Assembly: GCF_026210795.1 (NCBI RefSeq)
Contig: NC_089432.1
Location: forward strand, 1,426,001-1,490,000
Direction of reading: 5' to 3'
Length of the DNA stretch: 64,000 nucleotides
Origin: Rhizophagus irregularis
Lineage: Eukaryota
Below are positions 1 to 15,000 of this stretch, piece after piece. Under the pieces are notes generated by a model. The model saw only the letters and a list, made by a program, of their open reading frames with translations. It was not told where the DNA came from and ran no database searches. How positions within the stretch are numbered: position 1 is the first letter of the stretch; each line of letters opens with the position of its first letter. The position numbers and the translations under genes are program-made.

Positions 1-2
1 AA

Positions 3-3000
3 GCGGAGAATGTTGAAAATATCCGCATTAAAGCGAGTCATATTGAATATCGAGACGATCAAAAAGTCATAATTGATCAAGAAAATTCCGATCAAGAGAT
101 GGAAATTGTTAAAGATCGAAAAAATTTGTCCGATGAGACCATTCAACAACGAGAAGATACTTTAGATTATGATAATCAAACTCGTACTTCTAATACAGGG
201 GGTTCAGATGATAAAGAACGCACTAAAGAAGAAACTGATATTCTTATTGGTAACGATAAAATCATCATTGAGTCCGATGATATACAAAATATTTCTACAA
301 ATACTGGAGATTATGTTTCAGTCGGTATTTCCGATAATGATGATGATGAAAATTATAACCCTAGTGCGAATGTTAAAAAAGCCAAGAATGTTGAAACTCT
401 TAAACGAGAAAGTTCTAGTCATTTCAATGTACCACCAGCAGCTGATCAAAAGGTCTTAGCTGGTCAAGAAAATTCTGATCAAGAGACGGACAATGTTGAA
501 AATCGAAAAGATTTACCCGAACTTTTTGGAGATGATGATTCAATCAATCAAACTGTGACCGTTCAGACTTCTTCTCCTAAATCTCGATATATCCAACATA
601 CTTTAGATTATGATAATAATAGGCATGCATCTGAATTATTTAATACAAAGGGATCAACGAGCGAATTTGAAAGCGGTTCAAAAAAATATGACCATGATAT
701 AAAAAGTAAAAAGAAATCAAAGAACTATGATGATGATATCAGCGAATTCCCGGACAGGAAAGACAACTTTCCATCTTCAGCGGGATATAATCGTCCAAAG
801 TCTGAACATGATACAAGAAGTAAGAAATCAAAGAAATCAGATACGACCGTAAGCCACGACTACGATGTTGATTATGATGATGATGTCGACGAATTCCCGA
901 ACAAAAAAGATGACTTTCCATCTCCAACGGGAAAAAATAATAAGAAAGAAAAGTTTGATTCTCACCATAGAGGAAAAAGTGATGAAATCACCCATCGTCC
1001 AAAAAATCAAGATAGTCAAAGTCAGTCTTTGGGTGATTTATCAGATGAAGAAGCTGAAAACCCAATTTCAAAGTCTCGTAGTACTGTGAGAAAACAAGAA
1101 AGTGACAATGACGACAACGTTGATTACAGTAGTAATGAAGAAGGTAACATTTCATCTGCAAGGCGTATCAATAAAAAACAGGTAGAATCTCCATATACAA
1201 AAAATAAAAATAATCAAAATCTGCCTATGCATGGTGGTATGCAAAAAAAATTGGATAGTGAGAGTGACTCTCAGGATGAGAATGATGATTATGAAGAAGG
1301 TTACTCTCCATCTTCAAGTTATGTCAACAAAAAAGAAGTAGAATCATATGAAGAACCAATGAGTGGAACCACTCAATATTCAAATAAAAATAATCAAAAT
1401 CTGCCTATGCATGGTGGTATGCAAAAAAAATTGGATAGTGAGAGTGACTCTCAGGATGAGAATGATGATTATGAGGGAGATTACTCTCCATCTTCAAGCC
1501 ATTCCAATAAAAAAGATGCCGAGTCTTATTTTGAGGAACATTCAAAAAATAAAAATGACCAAAATATGCCTATGCGTGGAAAGAAATTAGTTAATACGAG
1601 TGACTCTCAGGACGATAACGAAGATCATGAAGAAGGTTACTCTCGTATCAATGAAGATGATGTTGGGACTTATACCGAAGAACCAATAAACGAAACCAAT
1701 CGACCTAAAACTAATAAAAATCGGTCTACGCAAAGGAAATTAGAAAATGCGACTGACTCTCAGGACGAGGATGAAGAAGGTTACTCTCGTGATGTTGAGC
1801 CTGATAACGAAGAACCAATAAACGAAACCAATCGACCTAAAACCAATAAAAATCGGTCTACGCAAAGGAAATTGGAAAATGCGACTGACTCTCAGGACGA
1901 GGATGAAGATCATGAAAAAGGTTACTCTCGTATCAATAAAAATGATGTTGGGACTGATACCGAAGAACAAATAAATGAAATCACTGGACCTTTAAACAAT
2001 AAAAACAATAAAAATCGGTCTACACATGGCGACATGCAAAAGAAATTAAGTAATGTGACTGACTCTCAGGACGAGAATTATGATAATAATATCAGCGACT
2101 CCCAGCAAGATGACTTTCAATCTGAGTCTTACGAAGGACCCAGGGATGATACCACTCATTATCCTGAAAACCACAACAGTCAAAGTGATCATAGAGACAG
2201 TAATAACAATCGAAAGAAAAAATGGATGCCTAACATGCCTAACGTGCCTAACGTGATTAAAGGATGGATTAATAAGGGTCCAGGAGAGATCAAAGTTACC
2301 TTCCATGTTCATTTTCCAGAGGATATTGATGTTGTTGGAAAACCTGTGGTTTTTGGTAATGTAAAAGAACTAGGTAATTGGAAATATCCTAACATAAAAT
2401 TTCATAAGCAAAATCATACGTATTGGCGATCCGATCCCGTTACTATATCTCTGAGATCTGAAAGAGAAAGCGACGAAATTCAATATAAATATGCTATTTA
2501 TATAGCTAATTTTTATGGTAATGGAGAAATTGTATGGGAAGGAAATGATGGTCAAGATAATCGCACGTTGAATATCGAGAGGAATAATCAATTTGATATA
2601 TTTATGAATAATTATCATTATCGATTACAATACATACGTGAATTTGCTTTCGTGGACTATATCTTTAATTCCATTAAAGATAATAACCTTAAGGATAAAG
2701 TTATGGAATATCAACATTTATTAAATCTTTACTATGAATCTGTGATCCGCTCGTCAAATTACGAATCCATTGCTAAGCGTATTGGTGATAAATCAAATAG
2801 AGACAAGCGTACTGATAATAAATTAAGTAGAGACAAACTACTTTTCTTATGTCTTCTTTTAGGATACTACACTTTAAGGAGGCAAGGTCATTTCCATGAA
2901 CTAAAAAATTCATTCCCATCTGGAGTGTTACTTAATGCACTTGAAGACTATAAAGATGAAACTTTACCTTCAAACACCAAAGACCAAATGTATAGTGGCA

Positions 3001-6000
3001 TTATGATCTTAATCCAGCACAATGCTGCTCTGATGCAGTTTGATTGGCTCATTATTTTTACAATTGCGTCTGAAGTTGATCCTAATTTTTCTTTCATTGA
3101 TCGGTTGAAATTTTTAAAGTATACTGATGAGGATTTATCGAAATTTATTCAAGGATTAAAAATGGTCAAACCTTACATGGATGGCATTGAACCCGAAATT
3201 TACATTAAACTTGCCAAGGTAAATTTAAATATAATTTTTGTTTTCGAAAATTTACAATTAAAATTAATTTTTTTGATATCTTTTATAGTGGTTAATTCGA
3301 TTATGTAATGATATGGATTACCTTTTTCCGCTTTGGAATGAAATTCTTTTCCATAACAACAAAATTGATAAAATTATTTTTAAGAGTTTTAATGACCGAC
3401 TTCGAGAATTTATCTCTCATGATGATGCTGTTGACTTAGAACATCATTTTAAGAGAGTTCCAGCTGATTATCGATTTGATGTGTCTGAAGTTTTCCGATC
3501 TCATGCTTTGTTTTTACTTGAAGGTTTGGACAGAAATTGGACAAAGGAAAATATCACTGCTATTACAACACTTCTTCATGATGATAGACTATATTGGACT
3601 AGAGAGGATGTTATTTTATCATTAGATTTGGTATCTCAGTCTAGCACTTTAGAATTATTAAACATATTTCCAGAAATTTTAGATGAGTGGTTCCGTAATG
3701 ATTTTTCTGATAAAGAGAAGAAAATACCAAAAATCTGTATAACTTGGTTTAATAATCTTTTACCCAAACTTGGCACAGGTACAAGCACAAGCAACAAAAA
3801 AGACAACAACATTGTGGTTTTAGTATTTTTACAGTTAGAACGCATATACCCCCTACTTGGTCATCGAAAAAATGTTTGGCAAAGTTTGACAACCATTGCT
3901 GTAGATAGGGTTAAAGTGTGCTCGGAATCTCGAATATTTGCCGCAACAAAATTTTTAATTCGGATAGAACAACAAGAAATCAAGACGTTGTTTATAGATA
4001 TGGTTAAAGAAATGCTAAATAAGTCTGTTCAACAAATTAACGATCAACTAGTAAATAAAATATATACAATATGCGATTGCAAAACAAAGATTTTGACGGT
4101 TCCAAACTTGTAAGTTCATTTTGTATATCCTTCTTTGTTTCTAGAAAAAAAAATCAACATTTATTTAATTAACTATTTTTATTAAATAATTTATTAGAAT
4201 AAGCGAAGAAATTTTGTGTCATATCATGAATAGATTGCAAAGTCAATTTACTGCATCAAATCCTTCAGAATTTCATTTAAATATTCTAGGAGCTAGTGAA
4301 CTTTGGAGAATTATATTATGCGCTACTGGAGATGTTACAAAACTTCATTCCAATCCATTTGTTAAACGTGTTAAAGCATCTATCAATGAACTCGGTGGAT
4401 TACTCCGTGAAAAGACGGTTGACATACAATTATTGCAACAGCTCTTGGAATGTAAAAATGAAAGATTATTTCAACATTTTGGTGCCGCTGTTTCCAAAAA
4501 GAAAAATATAGGTGATGTGATTGTTTCGCGAGACGAAATCGCGGAACTTAGAAAGCTTTGTAACAACTTTCAAACTCAACTTGATGTCCTTTTTAAGTTT
4601 TATACCGACTTTTGTCCAGCTTCCCAAGTAGAAGATGCGGATGATTACATCCAAGATGTAAAACAACATATGCCAAATTCAAATAAAGTGATGTTGAAAG
4701 AGGCAATGTCACCAGATTATTGGGCTTTTCATGGAAAAACTTTGGAGAGTGCAAGGCGTTGCTACAAATATAATCAATCTCGATCTTTTCGAAATATCTT
4801 TGAAGTTTGTATCCGGGAAGATACTGCTGCCACAAAAGTGGAATATATAGCGCAAAGATTGATACCGGTAGTTTTTGAAAGATATAATACTGTTTGTAAA
4901 CAACTTAAGGAATGGGACAAACTTAAAGTTTCAGATGTGGCTTTGTTTTGTGAAAATGTTACAAATATTAATGCGGAACTTGATTTAATAGATGGATATA
5001 AAGGTCACAAGAGTAACAAATTCGTACAAACCCTTGAGTATATTTCAAGGATTCCTCACTGGATTGAACGACTCAAAGAATTAGAAACAGTTTTACAACT
5101 TTTTAATATAGCACGTAATAAAGATGATTGGCTAAAAGAATCGATTGACTCTTTAAAAGGCGACTCCTTAAAAGACGATTCTTTAAAAGGCGATTTTTTA
5201 AAAAACAATTCTATGAAACTTAGTCAAATAATTAGTTTTTTCGCTAACCTTGATAAAAATCTTTACAATGTTAATGATGAATGTTGGAAATTAATAAAAG
5301 AGTTATCAAATGCAGATGATTTTATAAACTTTTTAAAAGAAATTGCTGAGCATGATATCAAAAATTTGATTAATGGTGTGGATGACCATTCGGATGAAAG
5401 ATTGATTCAAGAGGATACTGTTTCATCGCTTATTCAAGTAAAGCGATTTTTATTACCTTTTATGAATAATAATGAAAGGGAAACTATTAAAAGCTTTTTA
5501 GTTTCGTTATCAAATGTTATAGACGAGAATCCTACTTTAGGGAAAAAGATTGCCTTATGTAACAGTTGCAATATGGCATTACGAAATATGTATCAGAGCA
5601 TTGAAAATCGTGGTGAAGCTACTAAAGAAAAAATTAAGAATGCCGTACAAAATGGATCTTACACCTTTGGACGGGATGAAAAAGAAGACAAGTGTTTTGT
5701 TTCGTTAAAATATACTTCTAGGACTTCTAAATCAGAAATGATAATGACTTATAATATGAATGAAATCTTGGATTTACGTGGACGGGCTCTTTTGATTGCA
5801 AAACCTAAGATAAGCGAAAATGATGTAACTCATGAAAAAGATGAGGAAATGCCAAAAAATATTATAGATGAGTTTGTTGTTCAAGTTGATTTAGCACAAG
5901 AAATAATTGATGTGCTGTCCTTGTTAATTCAGTTGGGGCATTTTGATTACAGAAAGTTTGAAAAAGAATTAATAGGAAAAAATAAAAAAGATAGTATGAA

Positions 6001-9000
6001 AAAGTATTTGGAATTCTTAAGGGGCGAGCTCAAAAATTGGTAAATGATTTTCTTTATATTCATTTCATTCATTTTTCTCGCTTGCAATAAAGACACTAAG
6101 GAATTTACAATTTATAGGCAAACTATAGTAGATAATGCACAAGAAGAGTGTTATTATTTAACATTCTTCCCTGCCCGTCATATTTTGGCGTTCTATGATT
6201 ATTTCACGTCAGAAAAATTAGATGAAGAAAACGAAGAAGAATGCAAAACATTAATTAGATTTGTGAACAGCAAAGCTCAATTACCACCTCGTAAGGACAT
6301 TAAAGGAATTTCACGTGGATCTAAGGATTATCTTAAAATTCTTTGTGAAATTGGAAATGAATTAGAGAAGATTTTCAGAAATATTCAAAAACAACCTCGT
6401 AGACTTAAGGCTGCTGGACAACGCGTAGCATCGGATGTAGTTAAAAGAGGAAAATTATTTATTGCTGCTTGTGCTGACAATACAAAAGTTCCAAACATTA
6501 TTATGTCATTATATGCTAATCATGGATATTATCCGGAACCGTGGCAACTCCTAATATGTACTTCTTCAACTACGATGGAAGAACTAACAATCTTCATAAA
6601 AAGAAGTTACTTTGCATCAGATAATGGCTATGAAGACCACTTATTTTGCATTGCAAATTTAGAATTATTGGACTTTGAATTACAATATGATTTAGTTAAT
6701 CAAATTAGGTCAATGCAAGAACAGGAGGGCTATCTTTTAGCACTCATTTGTTGCAGAGAGAATGGAATCCATCATCATATTTTAGATCAATTCTCTTCAG
6801 ATGTTAAGGCAACCAATGGATTAAATAATGATTCCATGAGAGGAATTTATAGGGAATTGTGTCAGAATGTCATACGTGTTTCTTCTGATTTATCAGGACA
6901 GGGCAAAACTGAATGGATTAAAGAAGATAGTTTCAAAAAAAAGAAAATTCCACGTAGCTTTTTAATAAGCGATGATATGGAGTTTGGCAGGCTTGTAAGT
7001 CAATTCAAAGAATGTAAACTCCGACCTGTAGAAAGTTTACACATAAATATAGTATCAGCTAACTATCCGGGAGACGTCAACATGTTTTTATTTGAATTAT
7101 TAACTTTGGGTATTGTTTCTACAAATGTTGATATAGCTTGTCTGCCTCCATCAGAAACACCTACACATATATTTATCGAAATAGCTTCAACTACAGAACA
7201 GCATTTACTTAATTCTCTTCCTATGACAGGATATTTATTATTCAATCATATGTCTTGGAATATTAAAAGTTTGAAAGCTTCTCAAGAAATTAATAGTCCA
7301 ATTCAGGTTACTTGTCATTATTTGAATTTATTGGATCGTAATGATATAGATTCAAAAGAAATCCTCTTCCGGACAGATAAAGCAATTAAAGATCCACTAC
7401 CAGTAGAACGCTGTCAAAATCTTATTGAAAAATATTTCTTTAATAAAGGCAACAAAGATATTTCTTCCTTTAGATTTGTTGAAATATTTATTAATGTACT
7501 CGCAGATCAATTAGTTCGATTTTCATCAAGTCAATTTTTCACTGTAGATAATCTCAAATTAATGGTAAAAGAAACTAACATTAGAAAACTTATATTAAGT
7601 ACCTTATTAGATGTTTCAAAAGATTTTGCAACCAGATCTATTAAAACAAAAGAGGCACAGCTAGAATCTACAAGCGCTATAGATGCCGATGATGAAAACG
7701 CTCGTCTTGGTACAATTGTTCAATGGGACGACTCAAATCATCTTATAGTATTTTTCAATTCTCAAACTCCCGATTCAATATCAGCGTTATATCGAGACAG
7801 AAATAAAGTTTATGAAAATGTAAAAATTTTATTAAAAAGTCAAGTAATTGGAGATCGAACGAAATGGGTGTTAGATGATTACAATTCGATGACTCCGGAA
7901 GCTCTTTTCTTAAAGTTAGAGTATTTGGCACGAAGGTCAACAGAAAAATTGGATCTTCCTGAATATGCTTTATCTGGTGATAACTTAATAAAGATGGCCT
8001 TAATTCTTTTAAGAGCACGTGCGAATATTCCAGTGATAGTTTGTGGTGAAGCAGGATGTGGCAAGGTGATTTAATATGTTATTTTTATTATCGATGTTTT
8101 TTTCCTAAAAAAAAGATATTTATTAAAATTCTCGTTTCTTTTATAGACAAGTTTGATCGCTTATTTGGCCCTGATGGTTGAAGTTCAATTCCAGGCACTT
8201 AACCTTCACGCCGGAATCGATGAAAAAACTATTATGATGTTCATGAATGATTCTTTAGAAAAAGCAGAAAAAGGAGAAATTTGGTTATTCTTTGATGAAA
8301 TCAATACTTGCAATTATATAGGTTTACTCGCTGATTTAATATCCCATCGAATGCTTAATGGGAAACCAATACACCCAAATATTCGTTTATTCGCTGCTTG
8401 CAATCCATACCGTCTTCGTACGAAAGCTCAAAGCCAAGCCGGTTTGACAAATAGAGTTAAAAAATTCGAGGAACAAAGTAAACTTGTTTATCAAGTCAAA
8501 CCACTTCCTGATCAAATTTTAGATTATGTTTGGGACTACGGTATTCTGAAACCAGAAGATGAATACAGATATATTCAAATAATGGTTGATAAAGAATTAA
8601 AAACTTTAGCACATCCTGTATTTGCAGAACTTCTATTTGCTTCTCAAGAATTCATTCGTAATGCTGAGGAACGATATAGTTTGAGCTTACGTGATGTTAA
8701 ACGAGCTATAAGATTAGTGAAATTCTTTCATAATTCTCTTCAAAATCGTCCGGTTTACAGGAGAGGACATACATATCCACCATCTGGTAATCCAACAATA
8801 AAGACCAGGTCTTATGTTCTGGCACTTAGTCTTTGTTATCATTCTCGGTTATATGAACAAGATTTACGTAAACAATATCGACAAGAAATGGAACAAATAT
8901 TACATGAACATAATCCTTATGTAGGAGAAAATATGTTTGCTAAAATTATTCGTGAAGAACAGGAAGATTATATTAATAGGATGCAATGTCCACCTAATAC

Positions 9001-12000
9001 GGCATATAACGAAGCTTTATTAGAAAATGTTTTGGTTATGATCGTATGCATTTTGACAAAAATCCCTCTGTTCCTTATAGGAGCGCCGGGCTCTTCAAAA
9101 TCGTTAGCAGTTCGTCTTATAAGCTCAAATTTACGTGGTCCTGATTCAAGTGATAGGTACTTTAGAAAATTAGCACAAGTTTACTTAATTCCACATCAAG
9201 GCTCTTCATCTTCAACTTCTGAAGGTATCATAAAAGTTTTTGAGAAGGCAAATAAATTTCAGGAGACAACTTCCAAACAATTTCCTGTTGCTAGTGTTGT
9301 TTTACTTGATGAAGGTAATTTTGTTTATTTTCTTATGGTCTTTTTACATTATTAAGTTGTTCACATTATTTATTATTCTTTTTATAGTTGGTTTGGCTGA
9401 AACAAGTCCTTTCAATCCATTAAAAGTACTTCACTCTTTGCTTGAACCAAGTTATCCAGATACAGAGCCAACTGTTTCAGTGATAGGGATATCTAACTGG
9501 CGCTTAGACAACAGTAAAAGTAGTCGTGCATTACTTGTTCAAAGGTACGATTTTTTTTTACGATTTTTTTTTCAAAAAATTAAATATTAACATACATTTA
9601 TATAATTTCACAATTTTGTCTTATTTACGATTTTCTTATATCCTCTCTACAGACCACAATTTAATTTGAATGATTTAGTTGATACTGCTGAACGCTTATT
9701 AAATGAAAGAGCTATTGCATCTGGTCAGAGAGGCGCCTTAAGACCTTTAGCTAAGGCATATTCAAATTTTGAAAAACATGGCCAATCTTCGTCCAACTTC
9801 CACGGTCTTCGTGATTATTATGCACTGGTTAAACGTCTTTCATTAAACGAAATGACTCCGGAGAATATTCAAATGGCATTAGCCCGTAATTTTGGAGGAA
9901 CAGATAATCATGTCAAATTATGCGATCAATATTTTGGAAATGTTCTAAAAATGTTTAATAACCATAAGCCATGGACATATAAACAAGTTCCAGTCGAACA
10001 ATTAATTGATACAAACTTAAAAGATTCTGATGCACGACATTTAATGGTTATCGGTAAAAGTGATTCAATTGTAAATTTGTTGACTTATCAGCTAAGAAGT
10101 AAAGATCCTGTTGTAATTCTAGGATCACAATTTCCTGATGATCAAGAAGATTATTATTATAGTGTTTTGAGGAGAATCATGGTTAAAATTTAATTTTCAA
10201 TTCAAAGAGATTTTTTTTTCTAGAATGTTTATTTGTATTAAAAATCATTCTGTCATTTTAGATGTGCGTTGAAGCAGGCAGACCATTGATTTTAACAGAT
10301 TTAGAAATAATTTATGGTAATTATTTCAATTACTATCATAGATATAATAATCAAGTAAATTTTAAATTTTTTTTTCCTATTCAATAGGGAGTCTTTACGA
10401 TTTATGGAATCAAAATTATATTGTGGTGGGAAGTAAAGATAATGTAAAATACTTTACGAGAGTTGCACTTGGAGCGTATGCCAATCCTATGCTGTAAGTA
10501 AATTTGTGAAATTTATCATTCATATTTTATTATTACAAAAATTTTAAATAATAATAAATTTCTAGTTACGTTTCGCCGAATTTTAAATGTATTCTTGTTA
10601 TGGATGAGAATAAATTGGCTTTGGCTGATCCTCCACTTCTTAATCGATTTGAAAAACAAAAAATGTCAATTAATGACATACTTGACAATAACCAAGAGTT
10701 ATTTTATGAAAATTTAAATGATTGGGCAAGAAAATTCTCAACTTTGGTCGACAATAATCAAGCAACTCAATCACGTAATAAGTTTGCCCAGAAAGATCTA
10801 TTCATTGGATTTGATAAAAATGAAACCTTACAAAGTTTAATTATTGACATTACGAAGAATAATCCCGAAGCAGATGAAGAAGAAATATTAGAAAAATGCA
10901 AAGAATGTTTAATTGCAACGGCGACTTCTGATGGTGTTGTGAGAGCTGAGTTATCAGCCTTAGAGCGAGATGAATTTGAAAAATGGAAGCATGTTTATTT
11001 CAATCAACAATATCATGATAGTCTTTATGATTACTTTACTGATTACTTTGATAATCAAGAAACGTCATCGGATCCTAATGGACATTTATTAATTATTAAC
11101 ACTTTCTCCAATATCAATACGGATGTTAAATCTTGTTTACAAAAAGTTAATTGTCAAGTAGATAAATTGTCGATTTTCAAGACTGAAGCTCAACTTTCGA
11201 ATCGGGTAAGTCAAAAGCAATGATTTATTAAGTTAATGCATGATTTCTTGTTACTTATACAATTCTGTATTGTAGGTAAAACACTTTTGGTCTGAAGAAT
11301 CAAATGATCAAATGCTAATTCTCCAATGCGATGTAACTACTGTTAGTTTTGGGTGTATTAAACTAGCTAAATTTATCATCGAACAATTCCGAAATGAATT
11401 TATAGCAAAGAAAGATCAACCTATGAAGCACGCGTGTATCATTCTTCATATTCATCGAGATCAGGAATCCACCTTTTCATCTTTTAATTTCATGTGCGGC
11501 TGGAAACAAATAACTATTGAAACATTATCAGGAAGTAACGTTCCTACATCAGGTCTCTTGGATGGGTCTTTATCTCGTATTGTTGATTCTACTTATCCAT
11601 TTGAAAAAATTTTACAACAAGAACTATTATGGTGTCTATCATGTATGAAATATCCATCGAATGATAAGTCAATCAATCATATTAAGTAAGTAACGCGTAA
11701 AGTAATGATTTTTTTGTCTTTCATAAATGTATAGTTTTTTAAAAAAATTTTTTTTGTGAACTTTTTTCTTTAGAACATTAAACGAAAAAATCCTAAAGTA
11801 TCCAAACTTTATTAAATGTTTGAAAGTAAGAATCCTTGAATGGATCAAACAACAACCTACAAATAATTGGCAATATAAAGTCGCATCAAATAAACAAAAT
11901 TTATACCCATACCCTTCATTTTCTGCAGCACTACAAACTCACATTAGAACACTGTTTAAGAAACCGATAGCTCAAATTTTATGTGCTTTGGAAAGATTAT

Positions 12001-15000
12001 CAGCAACAAAAACATTTTTCTATATTAACGAACGAGCAAGATCAAAAGGAAACTATGAGAAATTACTTAAGTTTTGGGAACAGGTTTATATGGATAAGAA
12101 AATTGTCAACATTGAAAATACGCAAAATCCAAAACCTGATGGATATAATATGCCGGCAGGAAGTTTACTTGATCTTGAATTCCCCTTTTCATTATATTTT
12201 ATGAACCAAATTAATAGTTTTAAAAGAATTTACGAAGAAGAAATAGCTAAATTACAAGAAGATAATGAGAGAATTGATGAAGAAACCAATGAACTATACG
12301 AATACGTGATTGAGGATCATTTGAAAGAATTCAAAGATAATATTCTTACGTCAATACCGCTATTAAAAGAAAAAGATTCTCCATTCGAATGGGAATGGGC
12401 TTCCGAACTATATTTCAATGATTTTGTTACTATTATTGCGTCAAAAGATGGTGAAACAAAGAATAAAAAAATGTTAGCGTCAATCTTGAAGTTACTCATC
12501 GGTGATAAAGTACGCAAACCAATTTTCCTTCATGCATATTGGTGGAAAAATGGCAACGAAGTTTTGGCTCAATTACAATTGGCTCAAATGTCTCCGATGA
12601 TAATTAAAAATATCGAAATTCAAGGAAATGTTGCTGTTGGAGGAAATCTTGAAAAACATCTTGTCAAAGAATTGATAAAATTGATGTTGCAGCGAATTTG
12701 TGGAAATTTCGAAGGCGCAGGAAATTCTCATTCGATTGATAAATGGCAACATGACGTCACAAAAATATTATCTCTTGTTAGTAAGGTAACGCGAGCAAAG
12801 AATTTACCAGATCTTCAATTGTTACGTATTGTAAACGATTTAGTTGCGACAAAGTCCATTCCTTTAGATAGTATTAGAGAAATTGTTCAACTTGGGTTAA
12901 GTTCGGATGAACAAGGAGTTCTCTCGGAGAAATTTGTCAGCACCGTACTTGATAAGCTAGATAAATTAGAACAAAATGAGAAGAATATAATTCCAAGAAG
13001 ATCATTCATCATGAGATGCCTTGCATTGATTCCAATAGAATCAGAAGTTCGATTAAGTTTCTATGAGAAATTATTCTCGAAAGAACCTTTCCCATTAATG
13101 GGTGCAATCATCGAAAGAATCTTTCTTAAAGAAGACAAAAAATATGAAGATATATTCTTTTTAGTAATTACAGATTTCGAAGAAGCTTTAATACAATCTC
13201 CTCGATTAAATATTATCAATAAATGTTTAGGAGATTTAGATACAAATATGGCTACTTTATGTTGTGATACCATTGAACAGGCCTTTTTCGTGAATGAAGA
13301 ATTAGAAAATTTAGGGGCTTATATTGGACCGGCTCTTGAATCTTTATATAAACAAGGTATACCATCATTACAAAAAATAACTTCTATTGCTTTACTCAAA
13401 GGATTCGTTAGTCGATTCTGGGACAGTTTTCTTAAGAAAGATAATAATGATCCTGACCAAATGGAGGATGATAACGATTTTGATGATAACGATTTTGATA
13501 ATAACGAATTACTCGATCAAATTAACAATATTTTGACACTCGGTTTTCCTTTGATTCATTCTCTCAAAATTTACTTTTTAAGAGATTTATGTCGAAGAGA
13601 TTTTTCAATGGATGATATTAGAAGATTCTGTGATGCTCAAAGACAACTTTTACCGTGGCTTGGATCTTTCAATTGGGAAGATATTAAAGAAAATCGATTG
13701 TCATTTAATCCATATTGTTATTTACCTGAATATAATGAAGTTGAAAATAGTATTATGAGTTTCTATAGTGTAGGAAATAAGGCACCTTTTCAAAAATTTA
13801 TCCAAAACATGAATCAAAATATGACTTTAACAGCAAAATTATCTTTAACGGGGCTTTTCTTTGTACGTCTTCATGCTTTGAGAGCTTCAAGAGAATGGCA
13901 ACATTCAGAAGAGCAAACATCCAAATTCTTGACACGAGAACTTGCTGGAATAAATCTTCCAGATTTACTTAAAACAATTGCAACAAATATCTTATCGAAT
14001 AAACAACCTCTTCTTAAAATTAATAGCCCGGAAATTAATAATACTGAATTGCTTATAAAATCCGTTATTGCTCATATCATCATATTTCACGCATCGGTTG
14101 AACCGAATTCATCTCAATTAGCAATGTATTTACACAAATTACTAGATTGTCAGAACTCGTTTATTTTATCATGTATGTCTGACGTAGAATCAATGGTGTT
14201 AAACGCCGTTGCTGCTACTGAAAAAACAAATACAAACAAACTTACAAGATATGTTTGTAAGTGCGGATATAAATATTTCATCGCAAATTGTGGTGGAGCT
14301 GTTATTACTAGTAAATGTCCGGAGTGTGGAAATACAATCGGTGGAGCGGGCCATAAACCAGCAGAAGGAAACACTATACTCGATAATAAACCAGTTGCTC
14401 AATTATCGGTAAACGATCAAACAGGATACATTGGAGAACTAGCTAATCAAAATTTGTATCACTCCGTCAGATATATGACGCCTACATCATATCGTATTTT
14501 ACATTTAATTGTTCATGCTCTTATTGGAGCCTCTGCACCTCAAACTGCCCTTGCCTTCCTTCAAAAAAATGATCAAACTGCCACAGATTCTGAAAATTAT
14601 TGTATGGATCATATTCGAAATGATTGGGAAATGCTGAAAAACCTTCTTAATTGCTCAGATGCGGTATATTTTTTATATTTATATTATTAAATATATATTT
14701 TTTTTATCTTATTAAAATAAATTATAAACTAATAACCAATTTTTAATTCTAATCAGAATTTAGCGTTAATGTTCCATTCATTAATTTCTTCGATGATGGA
14801 AAAACCATTATCAAATCAACGAGTAACAACATCTGCTGAGCGTGAAAAGTGGGAAACAGAATTCAATAATTATATCACACCGCAAATTAAAAATATAAAT
14901 GAAACGGCAACTAATTATCGTATGAAATTAAGCGAAGCTCTAAACAAAAATCAAAAAGGTAACTTAATTGAAAGTGAAATCAATCAAACTTTAGTTATGG

